DNA of 64,000 nucleotides, from positions 2,332-66,331 of IMG/VR virus record IMGVR_UViG_3300047440_000580. One strand, 5' to 3'. Below are positions 34,985-42,148 of this stretch, in pieces; position 1 is the stretch's first letter, and each line of letters starts with the position of its first letter. Below the pieces are notes generated by a model. The model did not search any database. It saw only the letters and a list, made by a program, of their open reading frames with translations, and was not told the DNA's origin. The translations under genes and the position numbers were made by a program. This DNA is from a virus.

Positions 34985-35063
34985 TGGTACACCCGGCGGG
35001 ATTCGAACCCACACTGTTCCTGATTCGTAGTCAGGTGGCCTATCCAGTTGGCCGGACGGGTGC
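34985..35063 (-). tRNA. tRNA-Arg(ACG)
   Basis: loop CT-ACG-AA; CCA. Confidence 0.9.
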
Positions 35064-35064
35064 A

Positions 35065-35142
35065 TGGTGTCCCTGGCGAGATTCGAACTCGCACTGATCC
35101 ACCTTCGGAGGGTGGTGGCCTATCCAGTTGGCCGACAGGGAC
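35065..35142 (-). tRNA. tRNA-Arg(CCG)
   Basis: loop CT-CCG-AA; CCA. Confidence 0.9.
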
Positions 35143-35146
35143 AAAT

Positions 35147-35430
35147 TGAAGTGGAACGTAAGCGGGGTTCTGTTCAAGAACGATCATTCGTCTGGGATGA
35201 CTGTCACCAGTCACCTCTAGCTCTCAACCCGTCAGCATCGGCCGGACCAGCCCCTGACTGCTCGAGATTGCTCCAGATGGACTCCCCCGTTTCAGCCGAG
35301 CATTACCTCGGTTCGTCTCTGTTGAGAGTATCTCCAGGTCACCCCGGACCAGTCGTTAGCTGGCATCCTGTCCTATGGAGCCCCGACTTTCCTCTGGTTT
35401 GCGAAGCCAGCGATCGTTGCATCCACTTCA
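35147..35430 (-). ncRNA. rnpB: RNase P RNA, compact bacterial A-type
   Basis: P1 TGAAGTGGA/TCCACTTCA; CR-I GAGGAAAGTCGGGG; CR-V ACAGAACCCCGCTTA (P4 covaries); P2, P3, P5, P7-P9, P12, P15-P18 identifiable; P13/P14/P19 absent. Confidence 0.92.
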
Positions 35431-35435
35431 AAACT

Positions 35436-35509
35436 TGGTAGTCCCTGAGGGAGTTGAACCCACGTAGACGGTTTGTAGGACCGCCACTCTACCGTTGAGT
35501 TAAGGGACC
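35436..35509 (-). tRNA. tRNA-Val(TAC)
   Basis: loop CC-TAC-AA; CCA. Confidence 0.85.
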
Positions 35510-35517
35510 GAAAAAAT

Positions 35518-35610
35518 GCAGGTTGGCTCGCCGTCGACGTTGTCCCGAAGGAGACGGTAGAGCGGATTACCCGGATGCTCTGCATCCCAGACTCACGAGG
35601 TCTGACCTGC
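35518..35610 (-). ncRNA. unknown multibranch structured RNA
   Basis: GCAGGT/ACCTGC closing stem; CAGAC-CTCGTGA-GTCTG; GGATGC/GCATCC; CCGTC..TCC-TTCG-GGA..GACGG. Confidence 0.45.
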
Positions 35611-35614
35611 AAAT

Positions 35615-35688
35615 TGGTACGCCATGAAGGAATCGAACCCTCGTCACCCGGTAATCGGCCAGGCGCACTACCATTGTGCTAACGGCGC
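35615..35688 (-). tRNA. tRNA-Ile(GAT)
   Basis: loop CC-GAT-TA; CCA. Confidence 0.8.
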
Positions 35689-35702
35689 ATGAGAGAAAAG
35701 AC

Positions 35703-35773
35703 GGCCGGCGTCCTTCCGCTAGACTACCAGGGACCGAGGTCCCCGGGCGGGATTCGAACCCGCGTTTCCGGCC
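35703..35773 (-). ncRNA. circularly permuted tRNA / YrlA-like tRNA-mimic module
   Basis: GGCCGG-AAAC-[GCGGG TTCGAAT CCCGC]-[CCGGGGAC CTCG GTCCCTGG]-TA-[GTCT AGCGGA AGGAC]-G-CCGGCC. Confidence 0.8.
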
Positions 35774-35776
35774 CAG

Positions 35777-35850
35777 TGCTTGCAGAGAGATTCGAACTCT
35801 CAGGAAGGTAGGTTTGAGCTACCTATGTCTACCTGTTGCATCATGCAAGC
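35777..35850 (-). tRNA. tRNA-Leu(CAA), short variable loop
   Basis: loop CT-CAA-AC; no CCA. Confidence 0.85.
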
Positions 35851-35931
35851 GATGCGAATACCCGGCCCCAACCCGTCGCCGGTATTCTGACAGTCCCCAC
35901 CCTAGACTGTCTTGCCCAGTGCTGAGGAAAT

Positions 35932-36003
35932 TGGCATGTGCTGTAGGAATCGAACCCACTCCTGGAGTTTTGGAGACTCTTTGGACACCATGTCCTAGCA
36001 CAT
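35932..36003 (-). tRNA. tRNA-Trp(CCA)
   Basis: loop CT-CCA-AA; short D-loop; G73; CCA. Confidence 0.85.
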
Positions 36004-36004
36004 A

Positions 36005-36080
36005 TGGGGTGATCGACGGGGTTCGAACCCGCGCTACGTGATCCACAATCACGCGTGCTTCCTGTTACACTACGAACACC
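36005..36080 (-). tRNA. tRNA-His(GTG), canonical
   Basis: G-1:C73; loop TT-GTG-GA; CCA. Confidence 0.9.
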
Positions 36081-36083
36081 ATA

Positions 36084-36169
36084 TGGTGCGCGGGCTGAGA
36101 GTCGAACTCAGCTGCCACGAGGGAACCGGTTTACAGCCGGCCCAGGGAACCGTCCCTGTCGTCCCGCGC
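36084..36169 (-). tRNA. tRNA-Tyr(GTA)
   Basis: loop CT-GTA-AA; long V region; CCA. Confidence 0.9.
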
Positions 36170-36226
36170 ATATGCGGCCCGAAGGCCGCTTCATCGTCAA
36201 CTATTCGATTGTCAAGTACTGCTCAG

Positions 36227-36297
36227 TGGAGCCGACGGGAATCGAACCCGCCACGGTCTGCTTGCAAGGCAGTCCTGTCACCTTGAATCTCGACCCC
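36227..36297 (-). tRNA. tRNA-Ala(TGC)
   Basis: loop CT-TGC-AA; G3:U70; weak D-arm; no CCA. Confidence 0.8.
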
Positions 36298-36310
36298 AAG
36301 AAACCAAATC

Positions 36311-36401
36311 TGGCGGAAGAAGGAGGTCTCGATCCCCAGCCGACTCACGCCGACCACACCGCTTTCGAAACGGGTCCCAGTCCAAACCGGGTTCTTCTTC
36401 C
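36311..36401 (-). tRNA. tRNA-Ser(CGA)
   Basis: loop TT-CGA-AA; long V-arm; T-loop ATCGAGA; CCA. Confidence 0.85.
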
Positions 36402-36403
36402 AG

Positions 36404-36491
36404 TGGCGGAGAGAGGAGGTATCGATCCCCAGGCGCTTTCACGCTCGAGCCGCCTTCCAAGCGGTCCCGGTCCCTGACCGGTTCTCTCTCC
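36404..36491 (-). tRNA. tRNA-Ser(GGA)
   Basis: loop TT-GGA-AG; long V-arm; T-loop ATCGATA; CCA. Confidence 0.85.
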
Positions 36492-36492
36492 G

Positions 36493-36578
36493 TGGCGGAG
36501 GGCGGAGGATTCGAACCCCTGCCTGACGGTACCATCCCGGTGTTCAAAGCCGGTCGCAGTCCAACTGCGGCACCCTCC
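36493..36578 (-). tRNA. tRNA-Ser(TGA)
   Basis: loop TT-TGA-AC; long V region; CCA. Confidence 0.85.
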
Positions 36579-36583
36579 GTTTT

Positions 36584-36757
36584 TTATTCTCCGATCACCC
36601 CCTTCGCTTCATCATCCAGCGGCAGCAGTCTGTCCCGGTGCCGCGCCATCTTTCGTTTTCCGTCCGTGACGATGAAGAGTCCGGTCGAGGTCGGTCCACT
36701 GAGGATCTCGACCTCGATGTTCCCTTCATCATCCACCCCGAAGGTTAGGGCCTTCAT
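36584..36757 (-). CDS. small hypothetical protein
   Basis: MKALTFGVDDEG..., TGATG coupling with upstream gene. Confidence 0.55.
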   Translation of the reverse strand: MKALTFGVDDEGNIEVEILSGPTSTGLFIVTDGKRKMARHRDRLLPLDDEAKGVIGE

Positions 36758-37248
36758 CAGGACCTCGCGAGGTACCCCTTCACGATGTGGTCGGCAGCGT
36801 GGCTTGCAGCCCATGCGTCCGGCTTGATCACCGCGTTGAAGCCCTGCCCGAGAACCAGGCCCACCATCTCCTGCACGACATCCGAGGACTTGTACTGCGT
36901 GTCCGGGTTGGCGTCGATGTGGATGGTCAGCTTGTTGGCCTCCGGGATCTCCGAGTTGAGCTCCATGCCGAGCTCGACGGACATCCAGGCTTCCTTCAAG
37001 AGCCTCTCCCTCAGCGACCGGATACGAGTCATCCGCTCACGGCTGAAGAAGCACCGACCTCCCTTGCCCGGGGTGAGGATGATCACCACCGTGATGTACT
37101 CCGTCACGTTCCCCGCGTTCTGCGAGTCCGTGCCGATGACGAGTTCACGGTCCGGCGATTCAGCCATCAGGGCCCGTATCTCGGCCTTGAGGTCCACCGT
37201 CTTCTTTCCTACCATCGTCTTCCAGGTCTTCTCGATCATGGTCGCCAC
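36757..37248 (-). CDS. RNase H-like YkuK (DUF458) family protein
   Basis: LVIGTDSQ, RLLKEAWMS, IHIDAN, IKPDAWAASHAADH. Confidence 0.85.
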   Translation of the reverse strand: MATMIEKTWKTMVGKKTVDLKAEIRALMAESPDRELVIGTDSQNAGNVTEYITVVIILTPGKGGRCFFSRERMTRIRSLRERLLKEAWMSVELGMELNSEIPEANKLTIHIDANPDTQYKSSDVVQEMVGLVLGQGFNAVIKPDAWAASHAADHIVKGYLARS

Positions 37249-37269
37249 CTTTCCTGTGTAGCCTGGTAC

Positions 37270-37344
37270 TGGTTCCGAGAGAGGGACTCGAACCCCCGCC
37301 GCCCTGGTTCAAAGCCAGGTGTCCTGCCGTTAGACCATCCCGGA
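37270..37344 (-). tRNA. tRNA-Gln(TTG)
   Basis: loop CT-TTG-AA; CCA. Confidence 0.9.
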
Positions 37345-37372
37345 AAACTAAAAAGGCCCCCTTTCGGGAGCC
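37345..37372 (-). terminator. terminator-like hairpin directly before first tRNA
   Basis: GGCTCCC-GAAA-GGGGGCC followed by TTTTTAGTTT. Confidence 0.6.
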
Positions 37373-37403
37373 CTCCATCAGAACCTATCTTAATTCTTGC
37401 CTA

Positions 37404-37559
37404 GGTTTGGAGGGCGTTGGACCTGGCAAGATCCCACTTGATCGAATTGGCCTGCTGCGGCTTGATGCTACCGCGCTCGGCCGTCCGATACACAAAGGAC
37501 GAGCGTCCGGTCATGCCGGCGGCTTCGAACTTCGTATGTAGGGTTGACTGTGTCACAAC
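37404..37559 (-). CDS. possible small protein (51 aa) at head of array
   Basis: AGGAG RBS, GTG start, VTQSTLHTKFEAAG...; downstream of TATAAATA. Confidence 0.35.
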
Positions 37560-37621
37560 GATGCTCCTGTTTATTTACCTAGTTGTCTCAGAAAGTTTTT
37601 GCCCAACAAAAGTGAGCGACC

Positions 37622-37629
37622 TATTTATA
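37622..37629 (-). promoter_or_regulatory. T4-type late promoter motif TATAAATA
   Basis: exact match in intergenic DNA pointing toward the tRNA array; gp55-like sigma present in window. Confidence 0.5.
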
Positions 37630-37665
37630 CCAAACGACCAAAACGGAAATTCCGAGGCAGCTCCC

Positions 37666-38139
37666 ATGATCCTGGCGATCCTCATCACCGCCGCCCTTTC
37701 CTTCCTCCTAGTGGAGGTCGTGGGCTTCAGCGTGCATCGCCTGGCCCACTCTCCCAAGAGTGGAAAGCTGTTCCGGGACCATCTCCACCATCACGCCCAA
37801 GCCTACCCCCCGAGCCGCTACCAGACCGAAAAGTACCTGGGAGACCTGAAGACCTCGTTCCTGCCGGTGTTCGTCCCCCTGTTCGTGGGGATGAACCTGC
37901 TGATGGTCTCCGTCCTGCCTTGGCCTCTGTACCTGACCTTCTTCGTGGTCACGTCAGCCTTCAGCCTGGCCAACAACTACCTGCACGACTCGTTCCACAT
38001 CTCGACCCACTGGCTCCGGAGGTTCTCCTGGCACAAGCGGCTGACCGCTGTCCACCAGGTTCACCACCAGAACGTGAAGAAGAATCTCGGGATCTACTGG
38101 TACGGGTTCGACCGTCTCTTCGGTTCCTACCGCACCTAA
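37666..38139 (+). CDS. fatty acid hydroxylase / sterol desaturase superfamily membrane enzyme
   Basis: His boxes HRLAH, HLHHH, HDSFH, HQVHH; N-terminal TM segment; C-terminal GIYWYGFDRLFGSY. Confidence 0.85.
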   Translation: MILAILITAALSFLLVEVVGFSVHRLAHSPKSGKLFRDHLHHHAQAYPPSRYQTEKYLGDLKTSFLPVFVPLFVGMNLLMVSVLPWPLYLTFFVVTSAFSLANNYLHDSFHISTHWLRRFSWHKRLTAVHQVHHQNVKKNLGIYWYGFDRLFGSYRT

Positions 38140-38197
38140 CCGCGACTTGTGAATCCATTATAAGTGGACTCACACGGGTTGTAAAGGAAAAAGTGCT

Positions 38198-38425
38198 TTA
38201 GGCGGGAAGAGGCGGGAAGACGATCTCGGGGTCGTTCCCGTTCACGAGCTTCAGGTAGTATCCCCCGAAGTGCTGGATGTGGCCCGCTGCGCATTCCGAG
38301 GCGTAGCTCTCCGAGCCGTCGTCTAGCTTGTAGACATTCGCCCGGTTCATGCACATGATGTGCCCGGCGTGGTTCCGTCCGAGGTGCTGAGGACAGGGAC
38401 AGGTTCCGACGTAACTCTTGGCCAT
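38198..38425 (-). CDS. Cys/His-rich hypothetical protein
   Basis: 75 aa. Confidence 0.55.
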   Translation of the reverse strand: MAKSYVGTCPCPQHLGRNHAGHIMCMNRANVYKLDDGSESYASECAAGHIQHFGGYYLKLVNGNDPEIVFPPLPA

Positions 38426-38435
38426 TTCCGATCTC

Positions 38436-38780
38436 CTAGAAGCTGACGGACTTCCCGCACCCGCAGGAAGAGGTCGCCTTCGGGTTGTCGAAGATGAATC
38501 CTTTCAGGGGCTTGAAGTCCAGGGTCATGTCACCGACGAACTTGTAGCTCTTGTGGTCGACGAAGATCCAGGCCTTCCGGAAGTTCCACTGTCCGTCCAC
38601 CTGGACGGGCGGCGGCTCCAGCAGGTGGTTGTCGTTCGTGAAGGCGACCATCGGGTCCATCCAGCCCATGTAATACTGGAAGCCGTTGCATCCCCCGCCA
38701 CGGACGAAGAACTGGACCCAGCGCTGCTTGCCGGCGTCCTGCCTGATGATCTCCTGCCAGGCTGATTCGGTGACGTTCAT
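38436..38780 (-). CDS. iscA: HesB/IscA A-type Fe-S carrier
   Basis: VRGGGCNGFQY, FDNPKATSSCGCGKS. Confidence 0.9.
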   Translation of the reverse strand: MNVTESAWQEIIRQDAGKQRWVQFFVRGGGCNGFQYYMGWMDPMVAFTNDNHLLEPPPVQVDGQWNFRKAWIFVDHKSYKFVGDMTLDFKPLKGFIFDNPKATSSCGCGKSVSF

Positions 38781-38789
38781 AGGGGATAA

Positions 38790-39272
38790 TTAGTCCAGGT
38801 GCTTGGAAAAGACCTTCCTGTAGGTCCCGACGAACTTCGTCCGACTCTTCTTCATCCAGACTTCATCCATCTCGATCTTCAGCTTCTTCAGGATGTTCTC
38901 CCCACGGGTCCAGGCCGCTTCCTCTAGATCTATGATGACCCGTCGGAGCTTCCGAAGATACTTCTTCGAGATGGAGACTTCTCCGAGTCGCCACATGTTG
39001 AAGAGCCCGACACACTGCATGTGCCGGTAACATTCCCTCTTTCCCATGTCGTCGAAGTCTGAAGCGTGACCGAGCTCGTGGGCCAGGCTGTGGATGAGGT
39101 GGCGTTCTTCCCGATGGGTCTTGAGGTCAGGAGAGAGGGTGACGACACGCGCAGGGATGTTGTAGTAGCCCGAAAGCTTTATGGTTCCAAGAGGATGTCT
39201 GGAGCTGAAGCGGACGCGGACCTTCTTCTTCTTGGCGTAGTCCTTCAGCTTCTTGAGGTCACTTCTTCTCAT
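38790..39272 (-). CDS. HExxH metallopeptidase-like protein (ImmA/IrrE-like)
   Basis: HSLAHELGHASD ... EEAAWTRG. Confidence 0.55.
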   Translation of the reverse strand: MRRSDLKKLKDYAKKKKVRVRFSSRHPLGTIKLSGYYNIPARVVTLSPDLKTHREERHLIHSLAHELGHASDFDDMGKRECYRHMQCVGLFNMWRLGEVSISKKYLRKLRRVIIDLEEAAWTRGENILKKLKIEMDEVWMKKSRTKFVGTYRKVFSKHLD

Positions 39273-39441
39273 CCATCGCCCTCAGGATCTTGAGGACGCC
39301 GTCTACCATTCGGTAGAACCAGTCGTCTGTGGGCCAGCCCTCACGTTCCCACTTGCGCATGGGATAGGCTTCGGCGTAGATGCATCCCTCGAGGTGCAGC
39401 CTACGGGCTACCTCCTCCACAAGAGGTGGGAGTTCGAGCAT
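39259..39441 (-). CDS. hypothetical protein
   Basis: 60 aa, coupled. Confidence 0.5.
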   Translation of the reverse strand: MLELPPLVEEVARRLHLEGCIYAEAYPMRKWEREGWPTDDWFYRMVDGVLKILRAMDEKK

Positions 39442-39444
39442 CTG

Positions 39445-39810
39445 TCATCGACCCCCGCTTGCCTTTCCGACAAGCCAGTCTGGGAGGGCATCGTTCGGAC
39501 AGTGTGAGGCGCAACACTCACACAGGTACCAGCGGTGGGAACCGACCGGCACCTCAGATCTCACGGTGCCTCCGTAGAGGCGCTTGTGTTGGGGGTGGGG
39601 GCACATGATGCCCCAGTTGGAAAGCTCATCGGCGTACACCACGTAGGGGTCACGCTTCTGCTTGTCGACGAAGAGAGCTTGGAAGAAGGAGGTGGAGAAC
39701 TGGTTCTTTTCGAAGTCGGAGAGGTCCTTCCACGGGATCAGGGGGTGCTTCCCCTCCGCGGCGCAGTACTTGAGCCTATGCAGCTCAAGTCTTGTAGGAC
39801 GCTTCGCCAT
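39445..39810 (-). CDS. hypothetical zinc-binding protein
   Basis: MAKRPTRL...CPHP...CECC. Confidence 0.6.
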   Translation of the reverse strand: MAKRPTRLELHRLKYCAAEGKHPLIPWKDLSDFEKNQFSTSFFQALFVDKQKRDPYVVYADELSNWGIMCPHPQHKRLYGGTVRSEVPVGSHRWYLCECCASHCPNDALPDWLVGKASGGR

Positions 39811-40243
39811 GTCTTTCGTTCCAGCCCACTCCTGATAAGTAGCAACGGCCTTCCTGATCAACCAGGAAAAATTTCTTTTTGAGATCCACAGCATGTGTCA
39901 CCGTATTTTCTGTGCCGCCCTTCCGGTTGGGATGCACGAGCGCGAATAGAAGACTAGAGTCGACCACGATATCTTTGTTTCGAGAGAAGGCCCTGAAGAC
40001 GAAGTCCTGCTTGGAGGTGATGGGCGGGTCACGGGGGATGGGATGGTCCTTGTACTCCAGGCCGTAGAGAGCCGCGGCTTCCTTGGCGAAGGAGTCCGGA
40101 CCCTCGGCCCCTCCTGAGACGATGACGATGTGTTTGTCAGGAAATGCTACCGTCGCGGACCGGACGATGTCGATGACGATCTGCCGGTCCTTCAGGGTGT
40201 TCCGCCGGCGGGAGCCGACGATCCCTATGCGGAGCTCCCCCAT
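39785..40243 (-). CDS. SLOG-family (DUF2493/DprA-like) protein
   Basis: IGIVGSRR, IVSGGAEGPD, RNKDIV, GGTENT. Confidence 0.8.
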   Translation of the reverse strand: MGELRIGIVGSRRRNTLKDRQIVIDIVRSATVAFPDKHIVIVSGGAEGPDSFAKEAAALYGLEYKDHPIPRDPPITSKQDFVFRAFSRNKDIVVDSSLLFALVHPNRKGGTENTVTHAVDLKKKFFLVDQEGRCYLSGVGWNERHGEASYKT

Positions 40244-40244
40244 G

Positions 40245-41849
40245 CTAGAAGGGCTCTTCCATCTCCATGTCGCTGGTCAGGTGCTTCGGGAACATGTGCC
40301 CCCACTTCTCGAGCATGTCGAGGTAGCACTCGTCCAGGATGTAGGTGGCCGTGAAGTCCGTCTCCGAGCGGACGCAGCGTCCCATGGCCTGGGCGAGCGC
40401 CCGGACGGTCCGCCAGTTGTACCACTCCCGGTCCGAGCTCATCTTGGCCTTGACGACCGGGTCTCCCATGTTCGGGTACGGGACCTTGCAGATGATCTGG
40501 AAGCGACCGAGGTCGTCCCGAAGGTCGAGCCCCTCAGTCATGCCGGGAGAGACGATGACGGTCGGGTCCGGGCTCTTCATGTGCCGATTGATGATGTCCT
40601 TCCGGTCGTTCGCGTTCTTCTGGACCAGGAGCCGCTTGTTCGTGATCTTGCCGACTTCCTTGGTGATCTCGTAGTTGGCGGTGTGGATGATCCCCTTCTC
40701 ATTGGGGTGGGCGTCCAGGATGCGCTTGATGGCCCTGCCGATGAGCGGGAGGGACTGGTCGATCCCCTGCCTGGACATCTTACCCACCGGTCGGAAGTGC
40801 ACACCGAACGACTTCGGTGAGAACGGGGTGGGGATGGAGATGAAGCCCGCGTCCGCCGGAAGACCGGCGCTCCGGGTGAAGACGTCCTTGTCGAGGATCG
40901 TTGCCGACATGAGGAGGACGCGTTGCGCCTGGCTGTAGAGGATGTCGTTTGCCAGCCCCGCAACCTCCAGCGGCTGGTAGGAGATCGTCTGCCCGCCCTG
41001 GTCCCAGTTCGTCAGGATGGTGCCACCCTTGTCCAGGATGCGGTTGATCTGGCACAGACGCTTGTCCAGCATCTCGTTGTCCTCGGCGATCTTCTCGAGC
41101 GCCCCGGGACCGAGGTTCTTGCCGAACATCTCGATGAGCTTCTTGGCCACCTTCTCCATCTTGTCGAGAATGGTCTTCTTGTACTCGCCGCCCAGCCAGT
41201 CGATCAGCTTCTGGGGAGAGGTGCCGAACTTGGGGAGCTCCAGGTTGAGCTTGCCCGCGTCCTTCCAGTCGACGTTCACGGTCGCCCAGCGACGGACCTC
41301 GTCCTCGATGTTGTGGGCCTCGTCGAGCACGAGCAGGTGCCGCTTCGGCAGTTGACCGGCGTAGACGGACTCCGAGAAGAAATAGGAGTAGTTCGTGATC
41401 CCGAGGGGACCTTCAGCGAACGCTTTCTTGGCCTCTCGGTACGGGCAGCTGCTGCAGGCCAGTCGAGGATCGAAAGTCTCGCCCTGGACCTTCATGAAGG
41501 CCGTCCGGACTCGGGAAGTGGCCGCGCAAGTCGGACCGAGCTTGGGATGGACGCAGGGGAAGTTCGCCGCGGACCGCAGGTCTCGCGCGTGGGAGAAGTC
41601 CTTGACGTACTGGTCCTGAAGGATCTTCTGCGAGGTGAGGACGACGGCCCCGGGCTTGTAGGGATCCACCGGTTCCTCGATGGACGCCAGCCACCCGGCC
41701 ATCGTCACCGCGATGGCGGACTTGCCGACACCCGTGCCAAGCTCAGCGAGGAGGACCCGCTTGCCGGCTAGAGCGTCTTCGCAGAGTTGATCGAGCGCCC
41801 GAGCCTGGTCGGGACGTGGTTCCTTGAGCGGAAAGTATGGTCTCCACAT
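40245..41849 (-). CDS. DinG/Rad3-like SF2 helicase
   Basis: Q motif RPDQ, GTGVGKS, DEAH, MSAT, GLDLRDD..RFQII.KVPYP, QAMGRCVRS. Confidence 0.9.
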   Translation of the reverse strand: MWRPYFPLKEPRPDQARALDQLCEDALAGKRVLLAELGTGVGKSAIAVTMAGWLASIEEPVDPYKPGAVVLTSQKILQDQYVKDFSHARDLRSAANFPCVHPKLGPTCAATSRVRTAFMKVQGETFDPRLACSSCPYREAKKAFAEGPLGITNYSYFFSESVYAGQLPKRHLLVLDEAHNIEDEVRRWATVNVDWKDAGKLNLELPKFGTSPQKLIDWLGGEYKKTILDKMEKVAKKLIEMFGKNLGPGALEKIAEDNEMLDKRLCQINRILDKGGTILTNWDQGGQTISYQPLEVAGLANDILYSQAQRVLLMSATILDKDVFTRSAGLPADAGFISIPTPFSPKSFGVHFRPVGKMSRQGIDQSLPLIGRAIKRILDAHPNEKGIIHTANYEITKEVGKITNKRLLVQKNANDRKDIINRHMKSPDPTVIVSPGMTEGLDLRDDLGRFQIICKVPYPNMGDPVVKAKMSSDREWYNWRTVRALAQAMGRCVRSETDFTATYILDECYLDMLEKWGHMFPKHLTSDMEMEEPF

Positions 41850-41869
41850 CCTACCATTATACCACAGCT

Positions 41870-42148
41870 TCAGTTCAAGGTGTTGTTCTTTGCGTTCTTG
41901 TCCGCCAGCTGCTGGGCGAGCGCTTCGGCTGCTGCTTTGGTGAAGTCGGCCGAGAGGGCGGCCATGTAGTAGAACTCCTGCGCCGAGAGCATGTAGTTGT
42001 GCTCGTCGACCTTGCTCTGAGTCCTGTCGTACCGACGCTTGGCGGCCAGGGCTCTGAGCTTTGCCCGGCGGACCAACCGCTTCAGGGCTTCCAACGCGTC
42101 CTTGACCGAGTCTCCTGCTTCAGAGACGATGCTGAGCTTCTTGTCCAT
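41870..42148 (-). CDS. hypothetical helical protein
   Basis: 92 aa. Confidence 0.6.
   Translation of the reverse strand: MDKKLSIVSEAGDSVKDALEALKRLVRRAKLRALAAKRRYDRTQSKVDEHNYMLSAQEFYYMAALSADFTKAAAEALAQQLADKNAKNNTLN

Noticed and set aside
36493-36578. Selenocysteine tRNA
   Set aside because: The anticodon is TGA (Ser, reads UCA), not TCA; the acceptor is 7 bp and G73 is present.
29208-37344. Full-length tmRNA or rRNA fragments in the array
   Set aside because: No GGGGC...CCA TLD with G3:U70 enclosing a tag ORF, and no rRNA signature stretches were found.
29208-37344. Prophage att site or integrase-linked mobile element at a tRNA
   Set aside because: No integrase or transposase and no duplicated tRNA 3' end was seen; the tRNAs are phage cargo.
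28946-37378. ORF-track entries overlapping tRNAs (e.g. 28990..29259, 30381..30932, 35064..35441)
   Set aside because: They are translations of tRNA and RNase P sequence with no coding signature.
27121-41849. Possible type IV CRISPR-like system (Cas4-like nuclease plus DinG)
   Set aside because: No repeat-spacer array and no Cas5/6/7-like genes; the two genes are 12 kb apart and both families are common in phages.
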